The position numbers and the translations under genes were made by a program. Under the pieces are notes generated by a model. It did no database searches and had not been told where the DNA came from. It was given only the letters and a program-made list of their open reading frames with translations. DNA of 64,000 nucleotides from a virus. Its lineage: Duplodnaviria; Caudoviricetes. Of this stretch, positions 27,812 through 37,816 are shown in pieces. The first letter of the stretch is position 1. The number at the start of each line of letters is the position of its first letter. The stretch covers positions 1 through 64,000 of the IMG/VR virus record IMGVR_UViG_3300029288_007089, one strand, 5' to 3'.

Positions 27812-29347
27812 TCACCAGTCCAGTGACCACACCTGCATCGGTGCGGCCATGAGATGCGCCCAGTGCGCCAGCACAACCGCGTCGCCTTTGTCGGGCGAGC
27901 GGCCAAGTCGCGCCTGTATCGCCTCTTTCGGCTCCACCACAATGCCGCGTGGCGTAGCCTTCCAGCGCGGCGCGCAAAGGTCGGCCAGCAACTCGCGGTC
28001 ATCGGGCAGCATCAGCCCGTCGCCCGTATTCGGGTCAAGCGCCTCGCGCAGCTTCCAGTATGACGCCGCGCGCACGTTGACAAAGCGGAGCTTGCCGCTC
28101 CTGTCGGTCTGGTCCGATCCCGCCGCGTTGTCGATTGCCATGACGGTAAAACCGGGCGCATTCAGTGAGTCGTAAACCGACGCGCCGACGCCGATTACGT
28201 CAACGCCGATGACTGCCTGTCCCTCGTGCGCCGATAGCACGAGCGCCGCCGCCGCCGGGCCGTCGGGCGTTGACGCGCCGGGATAGGTCAAGAGCGACGC
28301 GAAATACGGGCCATAGACGCGCGCTATGGCCGTGCGGTCCTTGCCGCCGCGCGCCACATCCACGCCAAGCGCCGATAGCCCCATATCCGGCGCGCCGGCC
28401 TCCCCGTGGCGCTGCTGGGCGAGACGCACCCATTCCGTCGGAATTACCTGCCAGGGATCATCCTCAACGCCAACGGTGAAATCGCCAAAGAGTAGTTGCG
28501 AGCGCAGCGGTTCGGGCAGGTTTTGTAGCACCGCCTCGTAGCGCCCGTCGTGCGACAGGTGGGGGTTGTCCCTGAGCAACGCGGGGATAAAGGTGCGCGA
28601 CTTAGGCGTGATCGTCTCGCCCTTCCACACGAACGGCTCTCCGTTCTCACGCTCCTGGTCCTCGTTGTCCACGCGCGCATACCAGCGCAATTCGCCCGGC
28701 TGCGCGGGATAGGGATACTGCGCGTCAAGCCACGCGCGCCAGTACCGAATCACCCATTCCCCCTCTGCCGTCGTGGGCGGGTTGCCCGTCGCGATAATGC
28801 GCACGCGCTGGCGCGGATCGGTCGTGCGCGCCCAGCCCGAAAGAAAACGGTACTGGCTTTCGGTGAATTCCGTCACCTCGTCGAAGCCCTTGAAGTCATG
28901 TGCGCGACCCTTGTACTTGACCACATCGACCTCACGCTGCACCGCGCCGAACTCCAACATGCGCCCACCGGGAATGCTACGCCAGACGTGCTCCCACCCG
29001 TTGTATTTCGCCCTGTCCGCAAGCAGGTCGCGGCTGCGCTGGATAAGGCCGTCTGCGCCCGTAAGCTGCGTAAATTCGCGCCGGAAGATGATGCTCTTCT
29101 TGTGGCGCGTCAGGGCGCAGCCCAGAAGCAACTCGCTTTTGCCGCCGCCGGCTGCGCCGCCAAAGAACAGTTCATCGGCAGGGCAATCCAATGCATCGGC
29201 CTGGGGCGAAGCGGGAATAGGCAACCAGACGGTGGCCTCCTCTGGCGCGCCATCCTCACCCGACCACTGCCGGATCAGGCCGCGCCAGGAGTCGGTCCAT
29301 GTCGCGCCCGATGGCGGCAATGGCATCGCGGTCCTTGACGTGCTCAC
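27812..29347 (-). CDS. terL: Terminase large subunit
   Basis: GGAAGGGKS Walker A, GFDEVTEF Walker B, ATGNP, LGVDVARGGKD, SPDKGDA. Confidence 0.95.
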   Translation of the reverse strand: MSTSRTAMPLPPSGATWTDSWRGLIRQWSGEDGAPEEATVWLPIPASPQADALDCPADELFFGGAAGGGKSELLLGCALTRHKKSIIFRREFTQLTGADGLIQRSRDLLADRAKYNGWEHVWRSIPGGRMLEFGAVQREVDVVKYKGRAHDFKGFDEVTEFTESQYRFLSGWARTTDPRQRVRIIATGNPPTTAEGEWVIRYWRAWLDAQYPYPAQPGELRWYARVDNEDQERENGEPFVWKGETITPKSRTFIPALLRDNPHLSHDGRYEAVLQNLPEPLRSQLLFGDFTVGVEDDPWQVIPTEWVRLAQQRHGEAGAPDMGLSALGVDVARGGKDRTAIARVYGPYFASLLTYPGASTPDGPAAAALVLSAHEGQAVIGVDVIGVGASVYDSLNAPGFTVMAIDNAAGSDQTDRSGKLRFVNVRAASYWKLREALDPNTGDGLMLPDDRELLADLCAPRWKATPRGIVVEPKEAIQARLGRSPDKGDAVVLAHWAHLMAAPMQVWSLDW

Positions 29348-29912
29348 TTACCACCCCCAGAAACGCCGACAGCAGCATGACAGACGCCTCCACGCTGACC
29401 ATCATCTGCATCTCGACCAGCCGCTTGCGTTCGCTCTCCACCAGCCGGCGGCGCGCCTCTAGCAGTTGCCGTATCTCGGCGGTGATGTCCTGCTCCTGCG
29501 CGCCCTGGCGCACGAGCGACACGACGGCGTTCAGGTGCGCCGCTATGCCGGCGTTGTCGTTGTCCGCCCGCGCCTTCAGGAGCGCGCCGACCTCGTTGCC
29601 CAGCGCCTTCCACAGCCCGCCGCTCTCGCCGGTGTCCAGGCGTGCGATCATCTCCGTCAGCAGCGCGTCCGTCAGTGCCACCTCCTCGCGCAGGTTGAGC
29701 AGTTCGGCGTCCGCCTGCGCCTCCTGGTAACGCGCGGCGAGGCGCGTGGGCAGGTGCTTGGAGTAGCGGCCCGTTACGGTCTGTGGCAGCGCAAAACCGC
29801 GCGGCGTTTTGCCGCCGTGGATGTGGCACACGTTGCGCCCCGGCACGGCGGCGTTTTTGCACCGCTCGCCCGTCCGTTTTGACTTCGCCGTACACTGCGC
29901 CATTAGCTGCAT
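29256..29912 (-). CDS. terS: Terminase small subunit (HGGxSTG-type N-terminus)
   Basis: CTAKSKRTGERCKNAAVPGRNVCHIHGGKT; immediately upstream of terL. Confidence 0.8.
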   Translation of the reverse strand: MQLMAQCTAKSKRTGERCKNAAVPGRNVCHIHGGKTPRGFALPQTVTGRYSKHLPTRLAARYQEAQADAELLNLREEVALTDALLTEMIARLDTGESGGLWKALGNEVGALLKARADNDNAGIAAHLNAVVSLVRQGAQEQDITAEIRQLLEARRRLVESERKRLVEMQMMVSVEASVMLLSAFLGVVSEHVKDRDAIAAIGRDMDRLLARPDPAVVG

Positions 29913-30149
29913 CCATGAGGGTTTGCCCCATCCATGAGGGTATCACTCCCCCCGCGCCGGCTCCAGACCGAGGGCGGCGAGGCGCTTGACCGAACGCCCG
30001 TTCTGGTATATACTGAATGTGTCTAGGTGGCGTTGCTCAGAGGGCGGATTTATGTTTCTATCAACATGCTTCCTGCGGGTTAAACGAGCGCTGCCTAGAC
30101 AACAACGCCGCCGCCCAAGGGAAGCACCATTTTTACTAAGGAGCGCACA

Positions 30150-30932
30150 ATGAACGAAACCGTCATCTCGTGGACCAAGAAAACGTGGAATCCGGTGTTC
30201 GGCTGTAGCAAGGTCAGCGAAGGCTGCCGCTACTGCTACGCCGAAACGCTGGCGCTGCGCTACAGGCATTCCACAAAGCCGTGGACTGCCGCCAATGCCG
30301 TGGAGAATGTACGGCTGCAAGAGCACAAGCTGCGCGAACCGTATGCGCTCAAAGAGCCAACGATGATCTTCGTCAATTCGATGAGCGATCTGTTCCATGA
30401 GCGGGTGCCAGACAGCTACATCGCGCGCGTCTTCGCCGTAATGAATGATCTGCCGCAACACACATTTCAGGTCCTTACCAAACGACCAGAGCGTGCATGG
30501 AAGTGGTATGGTCCGTGGACAGAAAACATCTGGATGGGTGTATCGGTAGAACTTCAAAAACACGTGGACCGCATTGAGTTGCTGCGCTACGCGCCGGCCA
30601 AGGTCAAGTTTGTCTCGTTCGAGCCGCTGCTTGGGCCTATCGAGGGTGTCCATCTGCGCGGCATCCACTGGGCCATCGTGGGCGGCGAAAGCGGCGCACA
30701 TCTGACGCCGGACAGCCCGCGTTGGCTCAACATGGCGTGGGCGCGGGCGCTGCGCGATCAATGCGTCAGGGCTGGCGTCGCGTTCTTCTTTAAACAGGAC
30801 AGTGGCACACGCACCGAACTGCGACCGTATCTGGTCGAAGAAGACGGTAGCCACACGATATGGCAACAAATGCCTAAACACGACGAGGCTCCAGTCCAAA
30901 ATCGGCAATACGCTCAAGCGCCACTGCTGTAA
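30150..30932 (+). CDS. DUF5131 (phage Gp37/Gp68-like, radical-SAM-like) protein
   Basis: TWNPVFGCSKVSEGCRYCYA, IFVNSMSDLFH, FQVLTKRPER, SFEPLLG, WAIVGGESG. Confidence 0.92.
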   Translation: MNETVISWTKKTWNPVFGCSKVSEGCRYCYAETLALRYRHSTKPWTAANAVENVRLQEHKLREPYALKEPTMIFVNSMSDLFHERVPDSYIARVFAVMNDLPQHTFQVLTKRPERAWKWYGPWTENIWMGVSVELQKHVDRIELLRYAPAKVKFVSFEPLLGPIEGVHLRGIHWAIVGGESGAHLTPDSPRWLNMAWARALRDQCVRAGVAFFFKQDSGTRTELRPYLVEEDGSHTIWQQMPKHDEAPVQNRQYAQAPLL

Positions 30933-32031
30933 CTTCTGGCGACAATTCCACATTTAACGACGCTCTGGCAAGCTGCTCGCAGGCCAGGAGCGTCGTGCCC
31001 GTGCCCGCAAACGGGTCGGCAACAATCTGCCAATCAAAACCACGAAGCATTTCCACAAAAATTGCAACTGCCTTCCCGTGACCCATAACCGTGTTTTCAA
31101 ATTCGCTACCGCCCACTTCTATCACGCTGCCGTAACCAGAGGTAGGACGATGCCAACCAAGCGTCTCACCGCCTCGCGTCAACATTACAATGTTGTGGTG
31201 ATACCACAGCGGCATAAACTCTGATGGAATGGCGCGCGACGCTCGCGTGCGCCACACGAAATCAAGACAATATTTCCAGTCATCGTCTGCCAATGAAAAT
31301 GCCTGCTTGCCGCCCGTCAGAATAATAGCGCGCGGCGCAAAAAACGCAGCGGTATCCATAACGATATGTGCATCCAAATCATATGGCGGGTCAGTGACGA
31401 TAATATCTGCTCGTGTGTCTCTCATCACCCGCGCCACGTCCTCCGCCTTCGTGCTGTCCCCGCACAGCAGCCGGTGCGCACGCCCCGGCGTCGCCTTGCT
31501 CGGTATCTCCCACAGGTCGCCGGGCTGCACGCCCCACTTCGCCTGCAACTCCGCCGCGCGGTCCACCTGCGCGCCGGCGTCCTCCGCCGGCTCCGGCGCG
31601 TCGCCCAGCCCCCACTCCGCCAACTCCTCCGCCGTCCACCACGCGCCCAGGTCCGCGCCTTGTTCCCGCGCCCACGTTAGCGCCTCCACGTCCCAGTCGA
31701 GCGAGTGCTCTTGCACAACGTTATCCGCAATTGCCAGCCCGCGTCCCTCTGGCGTGTCTAGGTCAAGGTCTTTGCGCTGCACAAAAACGGGCACCTTGCC
31801 ATCCGTCTCAATAACGATAGCTTCCTCAAATCCCTCAGCAACCAACACTTCATGTGTGAGGTTGCCCGCCATAATGCGCCCGTTGCGGTCCAGTAGCCCA
31901 GAGCGCCCGGCCCCAAACCTGCGGATACTCTCCACCAACTGCCAATGTCCGCGCTCGGTGTGTCTATTGGGGTTATGGTCGTCGGGCGCGAAGTCGGTTA
32001 GTTTGACTTTACGGATGGTCGGTTCATTCAT
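30874..32031 (-). CDS. ParB-like N-terminal domain fused to an amino-DNA methyltransferase
   Basis: HNPNRH...IMAGN; RLLCGDST, IIVTDPPY, VADPFAGTGTTLLACEQL. Confidence 0.85.
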   Translation of the reverse strand: MNEPTIRKVKLTDFAPDDHNPNRHTERGHWQLVESIRRFGAGRSGLLDRNGRIMAGNLTHEVLVAEGFEEAIVIETDGKVPVFVQRKDLDLDTPEGRGLAIADNVVQEHSLDWDVEALTWAREQGADLGAWWTAEELAEWGLGDAPEPAEDAGAQVDRAAELQAKWGVQPGDLWEIPSKATPGRAHRLLCGDSTKAEDVARVMRDTRADIIVTDPPYDLDAHIVMDTAAFFAPRAIILTGGKQAFSLADDDWKYCLDFVWRTRASRAIPSEFMPLWYHHNIVMLTRGGETLGWHRPTSGYGSVIEVGGSEFENTVMGHGKAVAIFVEMLRGFDWQIVADPFAGTGTTLLACEQLARASLNVELSPEVTAVALERIADFGLEPRRV

Positions 32032-32083
32032 TGCATTTATTCCTCAACCATGCTATACTGTTCTGTATATAAGGGAGGCTAAT

Positions 32084-32653
32084 ATGGATGTTCCTGTCGC
32101 AGTCAAGAAAATGGCAAAACCCTTTGAGGTGCGTCCCGTTAAAGACACGAAAGGCCTTTTTATCACATCGGGTGGACAAGTTATATCTATCAAGGTTCAC
32201 GGCAGTAAATTTGGCAGGATCGATCCCTCTCGGCCCCGGTTTCTGTCGATGCCGAAATCTAAATATGGCTATCCGATGGTTAGCATCAATAATCGAATGG
32301 TATATGTGCATAGGTTGGTTCTGGAAACCTTTGTAAAATCGCAGCCACCTGGACTTGAGGCGCGCCACCTGGATGGTAACCCTGAAAACAATAATATTGA
32401 TAACCTTTGTTGGGGTACCCACGCTGAAAATCACCAAGATAGCGTATGGCATGGCACAAGCAAGAATCCTCCGCGCAACAACGTCCGTGGTTCTGATAAT
32501 GGGCAATCGAAACTTACTCAAGACGATGTTCTTAAAATTCGCGCCAATTGCGCACGCGGTGTGTCGCAATATATCCTTGCGCAAGAATTTGGCGTTACCC
32601 AACAAACCATAAGTGATATTGCCCGGCGAAAAAGCTGGCGCTGGTTGAAATAA
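32084..32653 (+). CDS. HNH homing endonuclease with C-terminal HTH
   Basis: VHRLVLETF...RHLDGNPENNNIDNLCWGTHAEN; SKLTQDDV...LAQEFGVTQQTISDI; own TGcTATACT promoter and RBS; low GC. Confidence 0.9.
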   Translation: MDVPVAVKKMAKPFEVRPVKDTKGLFITSGGQVISIKVHGSKFGRIDPSRPRFLSMPKSKYGYPMVSINNRMVYVHRLVLETFVKSQPPGLEARHLDGNPENNNIDNLCWGTHAENHQDSVWHGTSKNPPRNNVRGSDNGQSKLTQDDVLKIRANCARGVSQYILAQEFGVTQQTISDIARRKSWRWLK

Positions 32654-32737
32654 TCCCCGCTCCGTCCCCCGGTTGGCGTTGTGCGGGTCGGGCGTGAAGT
32701 CGGTTAGCTGCGCTTCGTATATCTGAGATTCGTCCAT
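32654..32737 (-). pseudogene. Orphaned 5' fragment of the ParB-methyltransferase gene
   Basis: MDESQIYEAQLTDFTPDPHNANRGTERG parallels MNEPTIRKVKLTDFAPDDHNPNRHTERG at 32031. Confidence 0.75.
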
Positions 32738-32812
32738 GTCATCCCTAAAAACAAAGACGCGACTCCCTTGCGAGAAGCCGCGCCTGCGGGATTGCCTCGT
32801 CAGACAGCGGTG

Positions 32813-33028
32813 CTACTGCGCCTCGTCCTCGACCTCTACCGGGTCAAACGGCCCGATGGACGGCGTAGGCTGCAAGAGACTCCTGCCGCCCTGCACAACC
32901 ACCGTCACCCGGCCATGCCCGATGCTGAGCACTTCGTTCATGCGCTCGATCCACTGGCGCAGCAAGTCCGGGTTGATCCGGCCCAGCGCCGGCAGGTCGT
33001 TGGTCGGGGCGATAGCGCTCTTGTCCAT
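32813..33028 (-). CDS. Small hypothetical protein
   Basis: 71 aa (IGHGRVTVVVQGG), downstream of the TTGACA-17-TAAACT promoter at 33030-33058. Confidence 0.6.
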   Translation of the reverse strand: MDKSAIAPTNDLPALGRINPDLLRQWIERMNEVLSIGHGRVTVVVQGGRSLLQPTPSIGPFDPVEVEDEAQ

Positions 33029-33108
33029 AAGTTTACAGTGTCCTCTCTGTTATGTCAACGCCGCGCGCGGGAGCATAGAACGCATGTTGCATTGACGGCG
33101 CTGCCCCC

Positions 33109-33966
33109 ATGCCCTACACTGGCGGCATGGACATCGTACAACGTCGCGTCACCGTGCGCCCCACGCTGCTCGTGCTCATTCTCGCGCTTGCGTTCCTGCT
33201 CGTCGTGTACATGCGCGTGCTGCCCTGGGGCGGCATCGACTGGCGTGACTACTTCCGCCCTGCGAGCCTCGCGCTCTTGCGCGGCGCGTCGCCATACACT
33301 GTGGACGGATTCTACTCGCCACCGTGGACAGCGCTGCTGCTTGCGCCGCTGGCGGTGCTGCCCTTCGACATCAGCCGCATGGTGTTTCTCCTTGGCGCGC
33401 TCACGGCATTCGTGTACCTGCCGCGCCGATACGGCGCGTCGCGTCTCGCGGGTGCGCTCTTCGTGCTCTCCCCGCCGGCCATTGCCGGCCTCGCCACACA
33501 GAACATTGACTGGCTGGTCCTGTGCGGCCTATTGCTGCCCCCGCGCTGGGGGCTGTTCTTTGTGCTCATGAAGCCGCAGACGGTGGGCTTCGTCGCCATC
33601 GTCTGGGCGCTGGAGGCGTGGCACGCGGATCGCCTGCGTGGACTGCGGCGGCTGCTATGGCCGGTGACGCTGGCGACACTCGCGTCGTTCGCCCTCTTCG
33701 GCTTCTGGCCCGCTGCCGCGTCGGATCTGACACACGACACGTACTGGACGTCGCTCTGGCCCATCGGCGTCCCGTTCGGCCTGGGGCTGGCGGTGCTGGC
33801 GCTACAGAGGCGCAGCGAACGACTCGCGTGCGTCGCCTCGCCGTTGCTGGCTCCGCACGTGCTGATGCATAGCTGGGTCGGCGCGCTGCTGGGCGTGTGT
33901 GACAACACCGCGCTCATGGTGGCGGTCGTCGGCGGCCTGTGGGCGGTGCGGCTGTTCATGGCATGA
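33109..33966 (+). CDS. Polytopic membrane protein, GT-C/GT87 (DUF2029)-like
   Basis: DWRDYF...GASPY...FYSPPWTALLLAPLAVLP followed by many TM segments, LMKPQ. Confidence 0.65.
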   Translation: MPYTGGMDIVQRRVTVRPTLLVLILALAFLLVVYMRVLPWGGIDWRDYFRPASLALLRGASPYTVDGFYSPPWTALLLAPLAVLPFDISRMVFLLGALTAFVYLPRRYGASRLAGALFVLSPPAIAGLATQNIDWLVLCGLLLPPRWGLFFVLMKPQTVGFVAIVWALEAWHADRLRGLRRLLWPVTLATLASFALFGFWPAAASDLTHDTYWTSLWPIGVPFGLGLAVLALQRRSERLACVASPLLAPHVLMHSWVGALLGVCDNTALMVAVVGGLWAVRLFMA

Positions 33967-34930
33967 TGCGCGCCTCCGCAACCTGTGCCGCGATCCACGC
34001 ATACGTGTGCGCGATACCATCCTCCAAACTCACGCGCGGCTCCCAGCCCAGCACGGCGCGGGCGCGGCTGATGTCGGCGTTGCGCGTGCGCACGCCCTCC
34101 GGCCCCGGCGTGTGGTTGAGCACCAGCGTCACCCCGGCGGCGTCCATGATGAGGCGCGCCAGTTCGTCGATGCTCACCGCGCGGTCGCTGCCCAGGTTGA
34201 GCGGCGTCGTGTGGTCGCTCTCCATCAAACGCAGCAACCCCTCAACCGCATCATTGACGTACAGGAACGAGCGCACCTGCTGGCCGTCGCCCCAGATGTC
34301 GATGTGGTCCGCGCCGTGTAACTTCGCCTCCGCTACCTTGCGGCACAGCGCCGCCGGCGCTTTCTCGCGCCCGCCGGTCCATGCCCCCAGTGGTCCATAC
34401 ACGTTATGCAGCCGCGCCACGCGCGTCTCCAGGCCGGCGTTGCGCCGGTACGCCGCGCACATGTGCTCCGCGTCCAACTTCTCCCAGCCGTATACGCTGT
34501 CCGGCAGCGCGGGGTAGGCGTCGGCCTCGCGCAGCGGCGCGCTGTCGGCGTCGGACTGGCGGTACTGCGGGTACACGCACGCGCTGGACGTGAAGAGGTA
34601 GCGCAGCACGTAACTGGCGGATGCGGCCTCGATCATGTTGGCATTGATGAGTGTGTTATTGCGGATGATGGCGGCGTCGTTGTCGCCGGTAAAGACGAAG
34701 CCCGCCCCGCCCATGTCGGCGGCGAGTTGAAATACCCACTCAACGCCGCGCACCGCCTCACAACAATTGCCGTAGTCGCGCAGGTCCAGGAGCTTGAATT
34801 CATCCGCCGCCGTGGGCGCAAACTCCGGACGCTTGAGGTCCGCGCCGCGCACCCAGTGGCCGGCGGCCTTGAGGCGCGCGACGAGATGGTGGCCGATGAA
34901 GCCGCCCGCGCCGGCGACGAGAATTCTCAT
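33956..34930 (-). CDS. NAD-dependent epimerase, GDP-mannose 3,5-epimerase-like
   Basis: GAGGFIG, LAADMGGAGF, FTSSACVYP, YGWEK, GGREKAPAALCRK. Confidence 0.9.
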   Translation of the reverse strand: MRILVAGAGGFIGHHLVARLKAAGHWVRGADLKRPEFAPTAADEFKLLDLRDYGNCCEAVRGVEWVFQLAADMGGAGFVFTGDNDAAIIRNNTLINANMIEAASASYVLRYLFTSSACVYPQYRQSDADSAPLREADAYPALPDSVYGWEKLDAEHMCAAYRRNAGLETRVARLHNVYGPLGAWTGGREKAPAALCRKVAEAKLHGADHIDIWGDGQQVRSFLYVNDAVEGLLRLMESDHTTPLNLGSDRAVSIDELARLIMDAAGVTLVLNHTPGPEGVRTRNADISRARAVLGWEPRVSLEDGIAHTYAWIAAQVAEARIMP

Positions 34931-34970
34931 GGCTTTTCCCCGGCGTTCGTGTCCGTTTTCTCTAGAGACA

Positions 34971-36423
34971 TCAATGTTTTTCTTTATCTTCCTTTGAGGT
35001 CGGCCAATTGCGAGCGCCGAGAACGCCCACCATCAGGCCGGACAGAAAAATCATGGCGCGAATCTTTGCCTCTGAGTCGTCTACAAAAAGCACGACCACA
35101 ATGACCCCTGTGACAAAGCCGAGCAATAGAAATGGTCCCATCGTTGGCTCCCGTCCGCCCTTGGCGGTCAAAAATGTGCCCGTCTAATATGTTAGCGCGT
35201 CCGTATACTCTGCGCCCGCCAACTTGCCCCCGCCGGCAGGTCCGTCACCGGCCTGGGCGTCTCCCGCTCCACCATGCCGACCCACACCGTGCCGCGCGGC
35301 TGCTGCGGGTCGCGGCGCAGCGTGTAACCGGCGGGCGCGGTGACGCCGCGTGCGTCGTGCGGGTTGAGCACGATGAGGTCCGCCCACAGGCCGTGCTCGC
35401 GAAACAGGCGCTGCGCAAGCTCCGTCACCTGCGCGCCGAAGTCGCCGGCGTGTGTGGCGTGAATGCCGGTGCCGCGTTGTTTAGTCGTCATGATTCGTGT
35501 CCTCCTGTGACGGTTTTAGATTCGCCTCCGCTTCCACCGCCCGCGCGCAGTACCGGCACACGCGCTCCGGGCGTTCCGCGCACACCTGCGCCGCCTCGTC
35601 GAGCGCCGGCGCGTGGCGGCACTGCGGCACGGCGTCGCGGTAGATGTGCCACTTGCGCACGTTGCCGCAACAGTCGCAGATGGTGCGGCGGCGCGCGTAG
35701 ATGAGGGTGGGGGCAACGACTACCGGGACGATGGTGAGGGTGGCGGCGTCGCTCACGTCTTCGCCCCCACCAGCGCCCACACGCGCAACACCGGCCTGAC
35801 GCCGCGCGGCGTGACGCTCAGTTGCGGCTCAATGCGCACCTCAATGCCACGCGCGGGAATGCGTATCTCGATGGCGTGGCGCTCGTTTTCCTCGTCCGGC
35901 TCCGCGTACAGCACCGGCGCGTCGTCAGGCGCGCCGGCGGGTTGCAGCGCCACGCCGCATAGCCGGCTGAAGATGTCGGCCAGCGTCTGCCAGTCAGCGG
36001 CGCTGCCGGTGCGCGCCTCGAGTTCGGTAGGCTCGCTCACCTCACGCTCCTCTCGCGGCTCCCACCGCCTAGTCCCGGAATTCCCGCGCCGCCGCCGCGT
36101 TCACGTCGTCCTGCGTGGCGGTCACAGCGTCGGCAGCGTCGTTAAACCCAATACTCCACGTCATGCGGTGCCTTCTCATACCTGTCCCATGTATGACGCA
36201 AGCGATAGAGCGCCGTCATGACGCCGCGCCAAAGCCAGCGCCACCACGCAATACGCCCGGTACCCGCGCACGTTTCGCACTCAGACATGACGTGACGCGG
36301 GCCGAAGCCGTCCTGCTCAATGTAATCGTGCCAGCCCCCGCCCCGGCAATCGGGACAGCGGGGTAGCCGGTTCTCTTGCCAGTCGCGCCAGAACCAGCGT
36401 AGGTCGCTCCTGAGTTTTTTCAC
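34971..36423 (-). other. Run of five small hypothetical ORFs (34971-35171, 35192-35491, 35481-35780, 35753-36040, 36142-36423), two with Cys pairs
   Basis: Head-to-tail ORFs downstream of the helicase. Confidence 0.55.
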
Positions 36424-36439
36424 GGTTCGCTCCTTTCGT

Positions 36440-37816
36440 TCACAGCGTCGCCAAATCCACGCGGCGCGTCTCCAGGTCGCGGAAGCGCATCGCGTTACGG
36501 TCAAAGAACAGCTTAACTGTGCCCGTCGGCCCGTTGCGAAACTTGAGCACGATGACCTCTAGCACGTTCACGTCTGCCGTGTCCCGGTCGTACATCGCGT
36601 CGAGATACAGGCCCAGCACAATGTCGGCGTCCTGCTCTAACTGCCCGCTGTCGCGCAGGTCCGACAGTTGCGGGCGCTTCTCGCCGCGTTGCTCCAGCGC
36701 ACGCGACAATTGCGCGGCGGCGATCACCGGGCAGTTCATCTCGCGCGCCAGCGCCTTCATTGCGATGCTGATGGCGGTGACTTCTTCGTACCGCTTGTTG
36801 CGGTCCAATACCTTGATGAGTTGGGTATAGTCGATCAGCACCGCGTCCACGCGCCCGCGCAGCGCCCGGAGCCGGAGCGCCTCGGCGCGTATCTGCGCCG
36901 GCGTCAGCCCGCCCCGGTGGTCGATGTACAGGTTGTCGCCAAGTTCGTCATTGAGCCGCGTCAATCCGCCCATTGCGCGCGTGTACTCGTCTGCCGTGAC
37001 GCGCCCGGTGCGCAGGCCGTGCGAGTTGACGCCCGACGCGCCGGAGAGCGCGCGCCGCGCCAGTTGGATGTCGGCCATCTCCAGCGAGAAGAGCGCGACA
37101 ACCTTGCCGGTGCGCACCGCGTGCTCCGCGATGTTCATGAGCATGATGCTCTTGCCCACACCAGGCCGGGCCGCGATCAGCACGAACTCGTCTGGCTCCA
37201 CGCCACCCAGGTGCTTGTCGAGGTCGGTAAAGCCGGTGGCGAAGTTGTGCGTCCGCTCCGGCGCGGCATAGCGCGTCTCCAGTTGCGCGTACAGGTTGTC
37301 GAGCGCGCGGCGAAATGGTTGCAGGCCGCCGCCGGCGGCGCGCGCATCGTCGAGGGTGAGCATGTCCTGGTAGACGCGCTCCATGAGCACGGGCGTCTCC
37401 AGTGCCTCGTCGTGCGCCAGCTTCGCTACCTCGCCGGCGTAGGCGAGCAGCCGGCGGCGCAACGCGGCGCGCGCCACCACTTGCGCGTAGGCGTCGGCGT
37501 GGATGCTGGTTGGCGTGAGCGTGATCAGGCGCGTGAGATACGCCGGCCCGCCCGCCTCTTCGAGTTGGCCCACGCGCCGGAGTTCTTCCGCAACCGTGAG
37601 GTTGTCGATGGCCTCCCGGCGCGCGTGCAGGCGTGCGATGGCATCCCAAATCCAGCCGTGGCGCACGATGAAAAAGTCAGCGACCTCGACCAGCCCGTGT
37701 ACCCACACGTAGGCCTCCGGGTTGATGAGCACCGCGCCCAGGAGCGCCTCTTCCGCCTCGACGGAGTTGGGCGCGATCACCGCAATGTCAGCTTGTTTCC
37801 CGTTCTGCCGGCTCAT
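36440..37816 (-). CDS. dnaB: Replicative DNA helicase, DnaB family
   Basis: AEEALLG, IAARPGVGKS, FSLEM, IDYTQL, AAQLSRALEQRGEKRPQLSDLRDSGQLEQDAD, KFRNGPTG. Confidence 0.95.
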   Translation of the reverse strand: MSRQNGKQADIAVIAPNSVEAEEALLGAVLINPEAYVWVHGLVEVADFFIVRHGWIWDAIARLHARREAIDNLTVAEELRRVGQLEEAGGPAYLTRLITLTPTSIHADAYAQVVARAALRRRLLAYAGEVAKLAHDEALETPVLMERVYQDMLTLDDARAAGGGLQPFRRALDNLYAQLETRYAAPERTHNFATGFTDLDKHLGGVEPDEFVLIAARPGVGKSIMLMNIAEHAVRTGKVVALFSLEMADIQLARRALSGASGVNSHGLRTGRVTADEYTRAMGGLTRLNDELGDNLYIDHRGGLTPAQIRAEALRLRALRGRVDAVLIDYTQLIKVLDRNKRYEEVTAISIAMKALAREMNCPVIAAAQLSRALEQRGEKRPQLSDLRDSGQLEQDADIVLGLYLDAMYDRDTADVNVLEVIVLKFRNGPTGTVKLFFDRNAMRFRDLETRRVDLATL

